Positions 13,894 through 29,770 of a stretch of DNA of 64,000 bases are shown one piece after another; positions within the stretch are counted from its first letter, which is position 1, and each line of letters opens with the position of its first letter. Origin of the DNA: Eledone cirrhosa (taxonomy: Eukaryota); contig OZ024740.1 in NCBI GenBank assembly GCA_964016885.1, positions 369,148,001 through 369,212,000 on the forward strand, read 5' to 3'. The notes beneath the pieces were generated by a model. It was not told the DNA's origin and made no database searches. It saw only the letters and a list, made by a program, of their open reading frames with translations. Position numbers and translations under genes: made by a program.

Positions 13894-16800
13894 TATATGT
13901 TATTAAACACTATTTGATTGTCATTTATAAAGTATTCTGGTGATGTATTATACCTGATATTTTACATCGAGCTATTCTGATACTGTTAATTCGATAATAT
14001 TAATATTAACCATATTATTTATATATATATAACGTGGGTAATAGTAAATATTACCCAATTACAAGTATGAAAATAGCTCAAAGTAAAATATAAATATACT
14101 ACAGAGCCGAAATTCAATGTAAATGAAAATTAAATTAATATGGCCATCTAAGTCAGATATTGGTAACATTTACAGAATTATTCTAGATAGTATTATCCCC
14201 AAAACAAATAGAAGATCCACTTCAACCTTTGAGGAAATACTAGAGAGTTTATTGATTGGTTTACAACTATTGATAATAATAAGTCTAAGAAGTTTATACA
14301 ATTTGACATTAACTTTTGTTACACAGCTATATCGCATATCTTAATAAATAAGTATCTAATTGTGGTCATGAATAATAGTGACTTAACTAGGTCCCAAGTA
14401 GAGATAATTCTAGCGACTCGTAAAACTATCATCAAAGTTGAAGACCAATTATGCACTCGTAATAATACACTTAATCATTTTGATATGACATGGGATCTAG
14501 TGATTATTCACAGGTCACTGATTTAGTTGGATTATACCTTTTAAATAAAATTCATAAGATTTTACCATACCTGAAGGCCGATTATATGGCGATGATGACT
14601 TATTCATTTTAGATTATCAAAAATATAATAGTAAAAGAACTGCGAAAGAACTACATCAATTCTTCAAATGTTTTAATCTAGATATTACTTTGAATAAGAA
14701 CACCAATCTGTTAATTTCCTTAACGTTACCCTATGCTTAGATTCTAAAACATTTACACCTTACCATAAACCTATTGAAAAACCTTTTTACCTTGATACCA
14801 ATTCTAACCACTCTAGATATGTCTTAAATTCAATTATGAATGCTGTATCTAATAGAATTATTTATCTATCCTAAAATGAAGCTATATTTAACAAAAGTAC
14901 TCATTATTATATTTAAGCTTTATCACGTTCTGGCTATAAAAATAAAATTAATGTTATATCTAAAAACACAAAATGTCTATGAAAAAACCTAGAACTATTC
15001 AAACTAATAAAGATAATAATATTATTAATGGAAAGATTGGATTAAATAATGACATGCACCCTTGTATTGTTCCTCCCAGTACTAATAACCATTTTCTCTA
15101 TAATAAAAAAAAACTTCTTAAAGAAAAATATTGTGAATAAAAAGGATAGTATTAACACTAACATCTGTAATACTAAACATAATACTGAAGGTAATAATCA
15201 TAACGATTTTAATCATAATCACTTTAAGGATACACTTATTTGTAACAAAAATAAAGAGTAGAAGAAGACTTAATCCAGATTTTAATCCATCTTTCAACTT
15301 AAATGTTTCTACCAATATACCTACAGTATTCTCTACTATTGAAACAAATGTCACACTTAATCACAAATGCTATGACACAATTAATAGAAATACCATTAAA
15401 ATATGTTATTCTACCACACCTAACATTGCTAATCACATAGCAAGTAGTAATAACAAGAAAATTAATAAATAGTTTACTTTTTAATTCTTACAACTTAATT
15501 ATGAATTCACAACCAGTAGATACGCTTAACAATATTGTACCTAATAATACTTGTAACCACTCCTATAATACAGTAATATCTAGGACTTATAGGAATATTA
15601 ATAGCAATTCTAGCGCTCATATATATAATGCTATAACTCTTCACACATTAACCCACGAAGTATTTAATCAATAACTATAACTGTAATTGTAGACCTATTA
15701 ATGTGTGCCCTCTTAAAACAAATTGCCTTGTTGAGAAAATTGTTTATTCCTGTACAGTCACCACTTCAACCAACTCCAAAACCTATATTGGTTCTACCTC
15801 GAATAATTTTGAGACGAAGTATAATTCCCATCTTCATACTTCTAAGAACTCTAAGCTTAAGTATGTAAATTCTATATCAAGTTTTAATTTTTTTTTTTGA
15901 AGATTAATAATACACCTTACACCCTGTCCTGGAAAGTGATTTCCCAAAAATCTTCTTATAAACCTCCCAGTAGATGTTGTAACCGTTGCCATTTTTAGTC
16001 CCGTACTATTATATATTCTAAACTAAAGAGGGAATCTGAATTTGTCCACTTGTCCTCATATTAATCCTCATTCTTTTCACTATTTTTGACCTAGTACCTA
16101 ATTCATATCAATGTAGTTATACCTTATTTTTTTCAGTAACATTAGTAACATTGTATAATTAAACCTAAAAGTTTATAATATGTTTAACAACAATATAGTG
16201 TCTACCATTCTTAACACATCCCCTTTCTGACCCTATTGCGATTAAAATTTATTATAACCACCCCTTCACATTTAGGTAACATTTTATTACATTGTTTCCA
16301 AACAAAAATCCCACTTATATTCATTTTGCTAATATTATATATAATAACCATTGCCTCACACTTATATTTTAGTAATATCTTTTCAATAATTGTATAATTA
16401 ACTAGTATATTACTGTATCCTTTATTATTGCTTAACATTTTATGTATGTATAATTAATTTTTTTAATAATACATAGCATTTTAGTATATATACATAACTT
16501 TTTTATCTGTATTTAGTAAACTTATTTTCTAAAGTTCTTTAGTTCTACAATCATTAGCCCTGATTTTTGTTAAGTCGATACAGCTTTACGTACTAAATCT
16601 TTCAATGTGTACTTATTAATCTATAGTAATTCTCTAATATATAGAATGTCTTACATGAATTACCTCCCCTTTATTTTTATTTTCATCTTAACCGCTTATT
16701 AAGGATATTCTTTTTAATTCTCTGTTAGAGGGAGGTTTTTACGCTTTAGGATATATGACGTTGTCTCCTCTAACTTTGCGTGATGTGTCTTGACAACACT

Positions 16801-17308
16801 TCAATCTGTATTTGACTTTTTACTTTGATGATTCTATTTACTCAACATTTGAAAAATAATAATTATTATTATGACTGAATTACGCAGTCGAACTTTTTTA
16901 AATGCATTATTAAAAATATTTTTTAAATGCATTATGAAGAATATTTTTTTGGAGATGTACTTTTAAATTTATATATGAATTGCCTGCCTTCTGTTATTAA
17001 CTTTATTAATTTTCTTTATTGCATATAATATATGTTTTTCACTGTACTTAAACTTTCTGTAGCAGCATGTTATATAATCTTTCTGTAACAGCATGTTTTT
17101 TAATTTTTTTATTTTAAATGTTCAATGCTTTTATCTGCTCATAATCTTTATTGCATTTATATGCCCCTATTCTTCACATGCTTATTCCGCCTCTGTTATC
17201 TTATGTAAATGTTGATACTTGTGCTTATCTAGCATCCCATATTATGTATCCTCCTAATGTTCTTGTGACAAAGTTGTGTTATTATATTTGTGTTATACCT
17301 TTATTATA

Positions 17309-17356
17309 TACTCCGATGAATTCCTGCCGTGTGCTTGGTTGAAACGAACGTAAGTG
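17309..17356 (+). ncRNA. Degenerate hammerhead in 3' pLTR (CCGA core)
   Basis: tact CCGATGA...GAAA CGAACG TA agtg. Confidence 0.55.
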
Positions 17357-17398
17357 ATTAAATGTTTTAAACACTCTTTGATTGTCACTTACATTTAC

Positions 17399-17470
<72 letters not shown>

Positions 17471-17529
17471 CACTTTGTACTGCCTCTTCGCTTCGTTTTT
17501 GTGTGTTTTTCTTTGTTTTCTGTTTTAAC

Positions 17530-17654
<125 letters not shown>

Positions 17655-17815
17655 CATTCTATTCTATATATATATTATATTCTATATATATATTGTATTC
17701 TATATATTAGAGAAATACTATAGATTAATAAGTAAAAATTGAAAGATTTAGTACGTAATGCTGTATCGACTTAACAAAAATGAGGGCTAATGATTGTAGA
17801 ACTAAAGAACTTTAG

Positions 17816-17966
<151 letters not shown>

Positions 17967-20900
17967 CGGTATATATTTATGTCAATCCATATACATAAGC
18001 GTATTCTGACAGGAATATAATATTCTTGATAGTTTAACAAAGTGGCCCGTAATCAAATAAGTTGTTCAATCCTTGTCAACTTTGTTTCTTTATTAAAACT
18101 AGAAACATATCTCTCCAGTCGTACTCAAAATTTATTTGTATATATTATGCACCTAAAACTATATGACGCTAGCAATGAAATCCTTAAAAGTGTCTTGGAT
18201 GCATTTGGTTTCTCATCACTGATGTACCTGGCATGGAGAAACTGATGAGGATGTGAAAGGCAGTGTGGCATCTCAATTTCCCATTCCGAGACTGTATATG
18301 TAGTGACAATTACACCAGCTATAACTGGCGAATTCAGTGTAAATTCGAGGCTCCATAATCCATTCAGCTTTTGATCAATATCCAAAGCGGTTCAAACATC
18401 TAATATTCTGAATCACAGAACCACCTTACAAGTTACTATGGAAGGGATTAAGATGGTCAACCGCAAAACGAGAGCCTTGTGCTTAACTGGCTTTTATCGC
18501 GCATCCCAATTATTAACCCAACAGCCCGTTAGAGATATCATATAGAAGTACCAATACATATATCTAACGTACATTCCATGACTTTATATTAAATTAAATA
18601 TGTTAAAATTCTTATCAATAAATTTAAACAGGAACACATTAAATATAGTAAAAAATTCCCATATTTTAACAAATAACTTCTATCTGCTTATACATACTTC
18701 TCGACAAAATGTGACTGAAAGCAGGAAATAATATACAATGTATGGAATTGTGTACATGCATAACTAATTTCATTATTTCACTGTGTACATGTAATAGAAC
18801 TGAGTGACATTACTTGAGAAAGAACTGGACGGAAATTAATATACATGACAGTGACATAATCAAAGTAAAGGTTAAAGTATAAGGAAATTGAATAACAAAT
18901 TAAACATCAACACAGGATTTCTTCCGTTTTAATGTGTTTATTTTTATCTATGGAATTTAGCCATCTACTGTGATAGCAACGAATCAGAGTAATTTTAATG
19001 CATGATAGTTGAATACCACTCTAAAATTAAGAGCAAAAAGAAATCAAGATTTTAGAGCATTAATGGCATTATATTGCGTCTCTGTAAATTAGAAATTAAT
19101 AACATTTTGTTATTTTGAATACAGTCATTGTATACCTTAACTCCAAACTCCTTATGCTAGAGTATAATCAGCTAATACCCATCAACATTGATGTGGTGGT
19201 ATTGAAGTGAGTGACGAATTATGTGTGCCTCCCAATAAATCAACACTCAAATATTCGGAAAAGAATTATATAGGTCTTCTGCAAAATTCGAAGAATCACG
19301 AACATTGATATATTAGACTGGCATTTTACTTTATCTACGCAGAAACAAGTAAATACAAAGTTAACACGGAATAGGTGATACAAACAGAGATAGTTGAAAA
19401 AAATGTGCCACACACAAACGACTGTGGTGATTATGTAAATAACCAAACCCACCTATTAGTGCTGCAACAATATGTTAAATGAACATTCTGCTTGTAAGCT
19501 CTAACAAGGATTCTGTCTTTGTTCATGTGTTGTTATTCCTAAGGAAATTGCTTTCGGGCAATTAAAAATTAAATCTTCAATCACTAGTATCCTGAAACCT
19601 GGATCTATTATCGGCTGTACGTTTATCTTTTTGAGACTATCTTCGAATTGTCTCCATGACTAAGGGGGTCTGGTAACTGACATTACCATTTTTTGTCCAT
19701 CTATATGTACTATTATTTATTCACTAACTTGGTAAGAATGTGATATCAGCACGAAGAGTGTAACATAATTACGGGTGTACAAAGCAACTCCACAATTATT
19801 TCTTTCCATCATGAGAGTAGGAATTTCAACATATGTTGATGTAGATAGTTTTGTTATGATAGCCGTCAGCTATATTTCAGTTAAGGCTGTGCACAATGTT
19901 TCATTACATGTGGCTAGATCCCTTATGTAGGACATTTTACTCGTGCTGATAGGCTTTCCCAGGCCTCTGACATGTATCAGTGGCACTAGCCTTGCTTAGG
20001 AGTGTCAGCAGTGGCGGATGATGGGTGGGTGGGGTAAGTGTTGGCCACTCTTGGTCATATATTTTGAGTGATCTTGAATATTGGTGTGAATATTCAGGCT
20101 CTGTAGCTGATGCAGCCAATTCACTTAATTTATAATCACTTCCGACTGTCTAAAATAGATTGTTGCTCCACTTCTACCGTCTTTAGTGCATCTGCATATT
20201 TTTCCTCTGTTCGGCGAGGTACGTGCATCATCAGCAAATTTCCTTAGCAGTGACTTAATGTGCTGTGTTGAATGTCCATGCTGGTTATGGTTGGAACATA
20301 TAAAATGAGCGGGTTGGGTGCAGCTCACATGTTGTATGGGTTGAGCGACTTTGCCGCCTGTTCCCTGGTTCCCCATGCCAGCAGGTCCCGTTCTTGAAAA
20401 ACTTAGGGAATACTTGGGCTTTTTTCCACTGTCCCTGTTTCTCCTAGTTCTGTTATTCATTGTTTGAACATATGTCAGCTGGTTAATTCCTCATGTATGT
20501 TTACTTCTTTCTTTTGGGAGACCACCTAGTGTATTATTTTGTTCATTTTGTGTCACCATTGTCCGCATTGAAGCCTGTCGCAATCGCGGTGGCTCTCAGA
20601 TCTAGCAGAGCTTCCGTGTTCCATTTGTGACCAGTATTATCTTCCTTTTCTCATGTGTGGTCCGTCTCAAACGTGCAACTCAGCAGTTAGATATTTGACT
20701 TTATGAAAGTTAGGTTCGAAATACTAAAATAATTGTAGTTGTATTACATTTTAGTAAATACGCTAGTCAGTTAGTTACCACTATCTTTCGAAAATTAAGT
20801 AAATAGAAAAATATGTTTGCCGGATTTAAATAAATAGGATTAATTATTTAAAGCGCTAAATTTGCAGAACGTTATGAAAGGAATAGTATTAACTTAGCAA

Positions 20901-21178
20901 AAACTGCCACATTGGTCCAGATTAAAAAAACAAGTATTTTAATTGCAACGCCATTTCATCGACTGAAGGTAAACAAAATATACGGAAAAAAACATCGAAA
21001 AATGCAATCAGTATTTTCATCTTGGGCTTACAAACATTAACAGTCATATAAGTTCCTGTCACAATGCTTTGAAACTGATATTTAAACAATGAAACTAGAT
21101 TTATGAACACCTTTACGCGTGACAAAGGCTCAAGGCCAACACCTGCCACCATTACAGTCACACACATGCTTACAAACA

Positions 21179-21736
<558 letters not shown>

Positions 21737-22442
21737 TTCATCTGGTAGATATAAACAGTTACAATTTTTACACAATACCTAGTATCCAGTTCCCGAACAG
21801 TTTGTAAGCTGCATTGTAAGATACCTTGAAAATATGAGTCACATGATAAGCAACATAATGTAGATCTTAACAAATGCGTTGGCCATTTGTAAAATTCCCC
21901 GGGAATACAAATATATCATTCACAAATATACTAGTGGAGCCCTCTGTAATATACTGTTAATGAAATGAATATATATATATATATATACATATATGTATAA
22001 TTATGTAGAGCCGTAAGAGGTATAATAACAAATACATACATACGCATATATATAAATATATGTAAAATATAAATATAAATAAATATATATAGATATGAGC
22101 ATGCATTCTTCTAAGTGTCAAATTTGTATATATTCTGTGTGGTATTTTCTTACATATTTTTTCTGTTTTTGACAGGAAAAATAGAAATGGATATATTGAA
22201 GCAGACTGATCGGATACCTGATTGAAAGACTTACTGTCAGTGTAGTGGAGTAGATATAAAGAGGGAGGGAAGAGAGTTATGAGAAACGTCTATTGAGTAT
22301 GATGCACGTTAAGTGCAGAATTACGTGCGCATTACAAATATCGGATGCTATTTCGTTTAAATCGTTGCAGACAGAATACTCATCCATGACTGCATGCAAC
22401 GTGAAGCATAATTTATGAAAGCTATTCACTGGTGACTAGGAA

Positions 22443-22890
<448 letters not shown>

Positions 22891-23192
22891 ATATGTATAT
22901 ATATATATATATATATACATATATACATATATATACAAATATAAATTAGCGAGAATCGTATTTCGGCTTTGGAAATTAGCGAAAAGCAACTTCCGAGATG
23001 TGTGGCAGGCGCTCAATAATTCTAACGAACCAGAGCTACCACATACGTTAAAAGGACGAACACACTGAGACCATGGTGAAACCATTATCCGCACAGCCAT
23101 AGAAACGACCAAGTAATTCGGGTCAAACAAATAAAAAAATATGATTGAAAAATGATTGAAAAATATGATTAAAAAATATGATTGTAAAATTT

Positions 23193-23261
<69 letters not shown>

Positions 23262-25053
23262 ATATATAAATATATATATATAATGGGTGCATTTACTCGA
23301 ATTTAAAAACAAAGCTTATATATCTTAAGCTCAACTGATACCCTAACATTATGTTTATCTTAAATAATAACACACACGCGCATATATGTGTGTGGTTTTG
23401 TGTGTGGATACGTGCGTCTGTGGGGCCAGTATAAACATAGATATATATTGTGTGTGCGTGTAAGTTTATGTATGTGTGTCTATATGTGCTTGTGGTGCCT
23501 ATGTATTTATCTATGTATGTAAGCATTTATACCTATGTGGATCGATCGATGTAGGCATCAAAATCATATTTCGTTCCATTCTTTGGAACACGATCAAAAC
23601 GTGAATGTATCTTTGTATCACCGACAGGAAAGAATATAATGCGAAAATTAATGACACTATTCAAAATATCTCTCATTCAACAACGACAAAAAATATTGTC
23701 CCACTAGTAAACATCTGCAGCATTATTTAATACTGTTTGGATATCGAGTATTCAGACAGTTTTGCAAATATTTCTCTATTGTTAGTGAGAGAACGATTCG
23801 CTTACCGCCACTATTATACGCATGTACAGTTCCATACAGACACAGACACTGGCACGCACACTCACTAGCATATATATATATATGTATATATATATATTGA
23901 GTATATGTTTGTTGTTTACCGACACCTTCAGTATGCAGATGGAGCACTCGACGGAGTACGCAAACTGGTTTGTTTTCTCCGGTGTAATATAATTATTGTC
24001 AGGTCACTCTTGCGTGCTACTGGTAACATGTAAACCAGTACAACCTGTCGCATCGTCGGGTCGTCGGCGACTAAACTGGCAACTCCACCAAGTTTACTTG
24101 GTGAGGAAGGTGATTTTGGACACCCTACAGGACAAAAAACAAAGCCAGACGAAGGGCAGAAGAACTCATAAGAGTCAATGGCCATCCAAAAATGTGTAAA
24201 TATGTATATACACATGTACATATGCATGTGTATATGCCTGGGTGTCAGGGAGGGCCATTTACCTATGTAGGGAGGGCTAGCCATGCCCTTTTCAGGACAG
24301 CTCGTCCTGCATTGGGTCCTACCTGACACTCAGCTCTCACCTGTGGCCCCAAGAAGCTGTAGAATTGGACAGCGGCACAACCCGGTAAACCGCCTTGGCT
24401 GGCGGGTTGAACCAGGTTGAGCGTAGCCGCACGGGTCTGAAAAACCCGTTGAGTTAGATAGAGGATCCCTGCCCCTGCATGCGTAGACTAGATACGCGGA
24501 GTGAGTGAAGGAGGACAATATCGTCCCAACGTTCACAAAAGCGGCGACAGCCAGCGGTGTGGAGCGCTAGGCCAGAGCAAGGCACTACAGACGTCGTGGC
24601 CATTCACTGCAGCCAAGGAAGTCCCTGGTCATGCCGGTCCTCCGTACCACATAATTCTGGCTTCTGTGCCCGAGTTAGTGGGACCGTTACTGTACACAGG
24701 CCGTCCACTATAAGCCATTACCGCACAGGTTTCTTCTTTAGCGTGCACTCTCAATTCCTGCGGCGATGGGTGAGAGGTGGAGGTAACAGGTGCAGGTAAC
24801 CTCTCGGAGTTGCCAGTCTGACACCGGTCTCTTCCCCTGCCTCCACTTCCCCGGAGCTGCAAGTCAAGGATTGGCCTCCGCAGCCTCCTTCGTGCCCATT
24901 GCAGACGGGAACAACAATGAAGGAGATGTCATCATCGTTTACGATGGACAAACAGTGTTGTCCTTAGGGCATCAATATACGTTGACCTTTGTCTTCCGCT
25001 TCCAGTGTGTCAATATGTAAAATTTGGCTTCATTTATTATAAATTATTGATAT

Positions 25054-25108
25054 ACTGCTATATATATTTCGGTGACAGCCATCATTGGCTGTGACCTCTT
25101 CAGGCTGT
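25054..25108 (-). ncRNA. Hammerhead in left inverted pLTR
   Basis: The reverse complement reads acagc CTGAAGA ggtcacagcca atga tggctgtcacc GAAA TATATA TA gcagt. Confidence 0.8.
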
Positions 25109-28100
25109 CCGAATTGGTGTGGGAAAGACAGGTACACATGTTGTTGAAGTGTATTTTACTCCGTCAATACATCGATATGTCCAGCTCATGTTGTGTTGTT
25201 ATTCCTCTGAGGAACTGGAATCATATGAGTTAGAAAAAACGAATTTCAGCGTCATAGAACACGCTCGTATCCCATTGGTCAATTGTGAGAACATTCCTCA
25301 GTCAATAGTATATAGCAACTTTTCTGAGGCAAGTAAAATCTGTTGTAGCTGTTTTTGTCCGGATGCTTAAGTACAGCTGACCTCCTCCATTGTGTTGGTA
25401 GTGGTGTTAAGGGGTCAGCTGGCAGGTCAGCGTTAGTGTGATGCTGCTATGGATAAGATTTTGCATACGCTTCGGAAAAAATCTAGATTACAGCAATGGT
25501 CATGCACAGGAGAGGTAATAGAATTGTTTACGATATTACCCGAGAAAACTAGGACCAGCTTTATCCAACCTGATATTGCTGGCCACTACTCCTCAGTCTG
25601 GCTCATAGTACTAAATAAAGCTCTTATTTTAGCGATAACCAATACAAACCTAACCCACGAGGAATTAGGCATTATCCACGCCGCACGAAAGACCTTGATC
25701 CGTTTCGGTGGGCACCTTTGGACCAGGGGTGATTGGCCAATTAACTTTGACATCACAATGGTATCCAGCGACTCCGCACAGGTAACGGACCTGGTTGGGC
25801 TCTTCCTGCTGAAGCAGATAAAAGAGGAAATCTCCTGCCTAGGTGGCGGATTACATCATGACGATGCTCTCTTCACAGTCTATGACCACAGCACCACTAT
25901 GCTGGAGATAGAGAGAAGGAAGAGGCAAATTAGGCATTTCTTTAAGAACCATGTGCTCAGTATTGAATTAGACCCAAATAGAAAGGTAGTCAACTTCCTA
26001 GACACCACCCTAAACCTGAGCACTGAGCAATAATACCCCTAAAGACTAGCCCAATGGGAAACTGGTCTATGTTAACGCCAAGTCAAACCGCCCTAGATCC
26101 ATAATTAAGGCCGTAGTCAAGAGTGTCTCGGACAGGATCTCCAACAGAAGCTAGCAAAACACATAGCACGCAAAGGGGAAGCAACTAAGCGGGAACCACC
26201 AGCAACCCAACAACTCGCCAACTGCCCAGAGCACGCTCAACCCACCCACATAGAAATAGACTTAGAAAACTCACATGGTACAACCAACCCTACTCAGCGG
26301 TCCTAAAGTACAGCCTGGCCCGGTAATTATTTAGAGCACTAGATAAAAGCTTCCTGAGCGACCATAGATACCACAAGAGCTTCAAGAGACACACTGTGAA
26401 GCTCTCGTATTCTACCATAGGGGTAGACTTAGAAACTACACACAACCAGAATATGCCAATATAAGCACCCAGCAGAGCCATATGGAGGGAAGCAAGCGTG
26501 GACCCGATTCCCACCTTGGGAACCCAAACAGACCCCTGTACCCCCCACCGGCCCCAGGAGAAGACCATCCTATAATACGCAACGGGAACCCCACATTAGG
26601 CACTCGGGAGTTGACCACCCCCTGCAACTGCAGAACCCCCACATTATGCCCCCTTAGTAATAAATGCCTCATGAAGAACTTAATATACAGATGTAGAGTA
26701 AAAAACCCAACTCTGACCACCTTTACATATGAGCCACATCAATGAGCTTCAAAAACAGATGGTATAACCATCGCCATTCTTTTCATAGTGAGGACAAAAA
26801 GAAAAGTACGGCTCTTTCCGAATTGATATGGAAGCTCAAGTTGGACAGGAACCCGTACTCTCTGGCCTGCTCCAAAATCAGGAAAGTACCACCTGATAGA
26901 GGGGGATCTGGTATCTGCAAACTATGTGTGAGCGAGACCCTCGAGATACTCAGCGGTGGAAGAAGCCTAATAAACCTCAGGACCAACTTCTTCGGTACAT
27001 GTAAACACTTCAGGGCCGGGAATTTCCTCAAGATATATGGACAATAACAACACATTGGGATGGGAACTTCCCTCAAGATATATGAACAGTAGCCCCGCCA
27101 CACCAATCCCAAGGTAAACCAGTCCCGCCACACCGAGGCCAAGGTAAACCACCCCCTACACACTCACCACCCCTATTGCCGCTTCGATCGACTCCTATAG
27201 CAACACACCTACCTAGCAGCTAAAACCATGCCTCACACCGCTGTGGTCAACCCCTCTCTCTCACTACCTTAATCAGAACTCAAGTTAGCTGACATTAGAT
27301 AATATAAATAGACCAAGTACGTCGGTGGAGTCCTATCCTCTGCGCAGATAAGCACCCCAAGTCTCCGACCAACGGAACCCAAACGCCCAAGCTCGGCTTG
27401 TGACCCGATAAGCCAGAGAATATCCTGCCTCAAACCCGACCCCCTTCACACGCATGACTCAGGGATAATACCGCAAGTGAAAATGACGCGCCGATTACTA
27501 CAACTTACCCCTCTCCCTACCTCCACAGGGGACTTTGACCCTGTGTCCGTGTGGGTGTATCCACATGTGGCCGTATATGGAGCTATGTGTATGTATGCGA
27601 ATGGACCTGAGACGTAATATAGGAATGCACCTGATCTTCTGTTTGTGCGTGCGTGTTTGCTTGCAACGATGTGCCTTGGCATACATCTTATGCGCAAATA
27701 GGAACTGTAGTCCTTTGGATTTCCGGATTTTGACACACAGGTTTTTGGTGTTCTACACTCCACTTTTACCTCATTTGCCCTTAAAACGCACCACTCGATG
27801 ATAAAATAAGAATTGTAATTCTTTACACTTCTCGATTCTGACACATAGGTTTTCTACTTCAGTTAATATTTTTCACATGTTTCAAATGTTGATATTGGTT
27901 GTAACACACACGCATTTTTATTTGTTTGGCACCCCCACACCGCATGAAATGGTTCAGGATAGATGCCAACCTACACACACACATTCTCCAGAACATAGCA
28001 GCAGCACACTAACACTGACCTGCCAGATGACCCTTTAACACCACTACCACTATCAACACAATGGAGGAGCTCAACTATACTTAAACATCGGGACAAAAAC

Positions 28101-28314
28101 AACTACAGATAGACTTTTGACTGGGCAATGTTATCACAACTGACCAATGGGATGCGAGCGTGTCCTTTGACGCTGGAATTCGTTTGTTCTAACCCATATG
28201 ATTCCAGTTCCTCAAAGGAATAACAACACAACCAGGAGCTGGATATATCGATGTATTGACGGATTAAAACACACTTCAACAACATGTGTACCTGTCTTTA
28301 CCACACCAATTCGG

Positions 28315-28367
28315 ACTGCCTGAAGAGGTCACTGCCAATGATGGCTGTCACCGAAATATATATAGCT
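28315..28367 (+). ncRNA. Hammerhead in right pLTR
   Basis: actgc CTGAAGA ggtcactgcca atga tggctgtcacc GAAA TATA TA gctat. The consensus of the two copies restores stem I actgc/gcagt. Confidence 0.75.
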
Positions 28368-28570
28368 ATATATCTAAAATTTATAATAAACGAAGCCAAA
28401 TTTTATGTATTGACACACTGGAAGAGGAAGACCAAGGTTAACGTATGTTGATGCCCTAAGGACAGACACTGGTCTGTTGGAGACGCAGGACATGGCATCG
28501 ATAATGGGGGACAAAGACCGCTGGAGAGAACTCGTCCATGGATCTCGGGAAGTTTACCGGCCCTATAAAT

Positions 28571-28716
<146 letters not shown>

Positions 28717-29332
28717 GAGAAAAATTAGAGTACTTTGTTAAGGCCTGAAAGTTTTAAGTACAATGGTACTTGAAACAACATTGTAATATATTTTGTGTAT
28801 GCAATATGTGTATGTGCTTTGCTATGAATATGTGTCTTTAGCATTAATCCTGGGAAGTAATATAATCTATGTTCGAAGATAATGTGCTTTTATGTGTAAT
28901 TGTATTAACGTCTTTATATGAAAAATTATTTATACCCTTACAAAATGTAACTATGTTGTTAACGATTATCACGTGATAGCTGAAATACATAGAATATATT
29001 CTGCATGTTCGTGTTAGATTTACTTAAAAAGAGAAAATTTACGAGTGATAATTCTAAGGAATATATTATATACAAATATTTATCAAAAGTTATATGTAAT
29101 GAATTAAGTAACATTAATTTTCACATTAATCAACTGTGTCTTTTGCAGTAAGCTCTTTTCATATGTTGAAAATATATTTTTAAGAAACTCAAATTTCTGG
29201 TCCCACACAATTCACAAATATAATATCTATTTTGAAATAACAGGCTTTGGCGTACATTTTTTAGCAAATACAATTCTCTAATAACGGGGTGTATAAACTC
29301 ACTGAACAGGAAATGCTGGCTATCAGCATATA

Positions 29333-29398
29333 GAGGTGTCAAACCCACACCTCCTGTTTGCCGGACAAAGCACGTTACCGACGCGCCAATGGACCCAA
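29333..29398 (-). mobile_element. tRNA-like head of another SINE or tRNA pseudogene
   Basis: The reverse complement has an A-box-like TGGCGCGTCGG and a B-box-like GGTTTGACACC; no clean acceptor stem. Confidence 0.45.
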
Positions 29399-29770
29399 CC
29401 AGTTGGTTATGTATAAAAACTGTAATATATTAGCGATATGTAAACAAAGGAAGTATGTTAAGAAAGAAGCAAGAACATATAGTAATCTGGCAGACCATCC
29501 GCAGACTTCGTAACATCAGCTTCCCCTCCAAGCACGCTTTCGTTTCCGACAACATACGTGAAGGTACATCCTAACGAGTGCAGAGAATACTTTATTGCTT
29601 TCCTAAACCCGGTCACAACAAAATATTCTAATATACACGAGGTGCATCTAGATGCGATGACTAAGCTTTCTGATGTTGAGGTCACAAGAATAAATGAAGA
29701 GCCAAAATGTGGTAAGACCTATACGGAGGATGAAAATTGGCCCTAACTATTAAATGCCTTTTATAGAGAA

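Larger units (their letters stand above)
13386..17400 (+). mobile_element. Decayed Penelope-like element with direct pLTRs and an upstream inverted pLTR
   Basis: RT remnants at about 14100-14950 (PSKSDIG, TDLVGLYLL, YGDD) and GIY-YIG CNCRPINVCPLKTNCLVEKIVYSC...YIGSTS at about 15680-15900. About 13790-13930 resembles about 17230-17395. 13386-13880 is an imperfect palindrome. Confidence 0.85.
24950..28560 (+). mobile_element. Penelope-like element with about 480-bp inverted pLTRs
   Basis: RT ORF at 25449-26033 (HHDD at the catalytic position). CNCRTPTLCPLSNKCLMKNLIYRC and FKNRWYNH...CKLCVSE at 26620-27047. 24950-25451 is inverted relative to 27994-28472. Confidence 0.9.

Noticed and set aside
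18238-18275. CTGATGA ggatgt GAAA hammerhead-like string
   Set aside because: No credible stem I, II or III.
22171-22210. EF-hand-like peptide (KNRNGYIEAD) after a polypyrimidine-AG
   Set aside because: An immediate stop follows, there is no donor site and no other exons were found.
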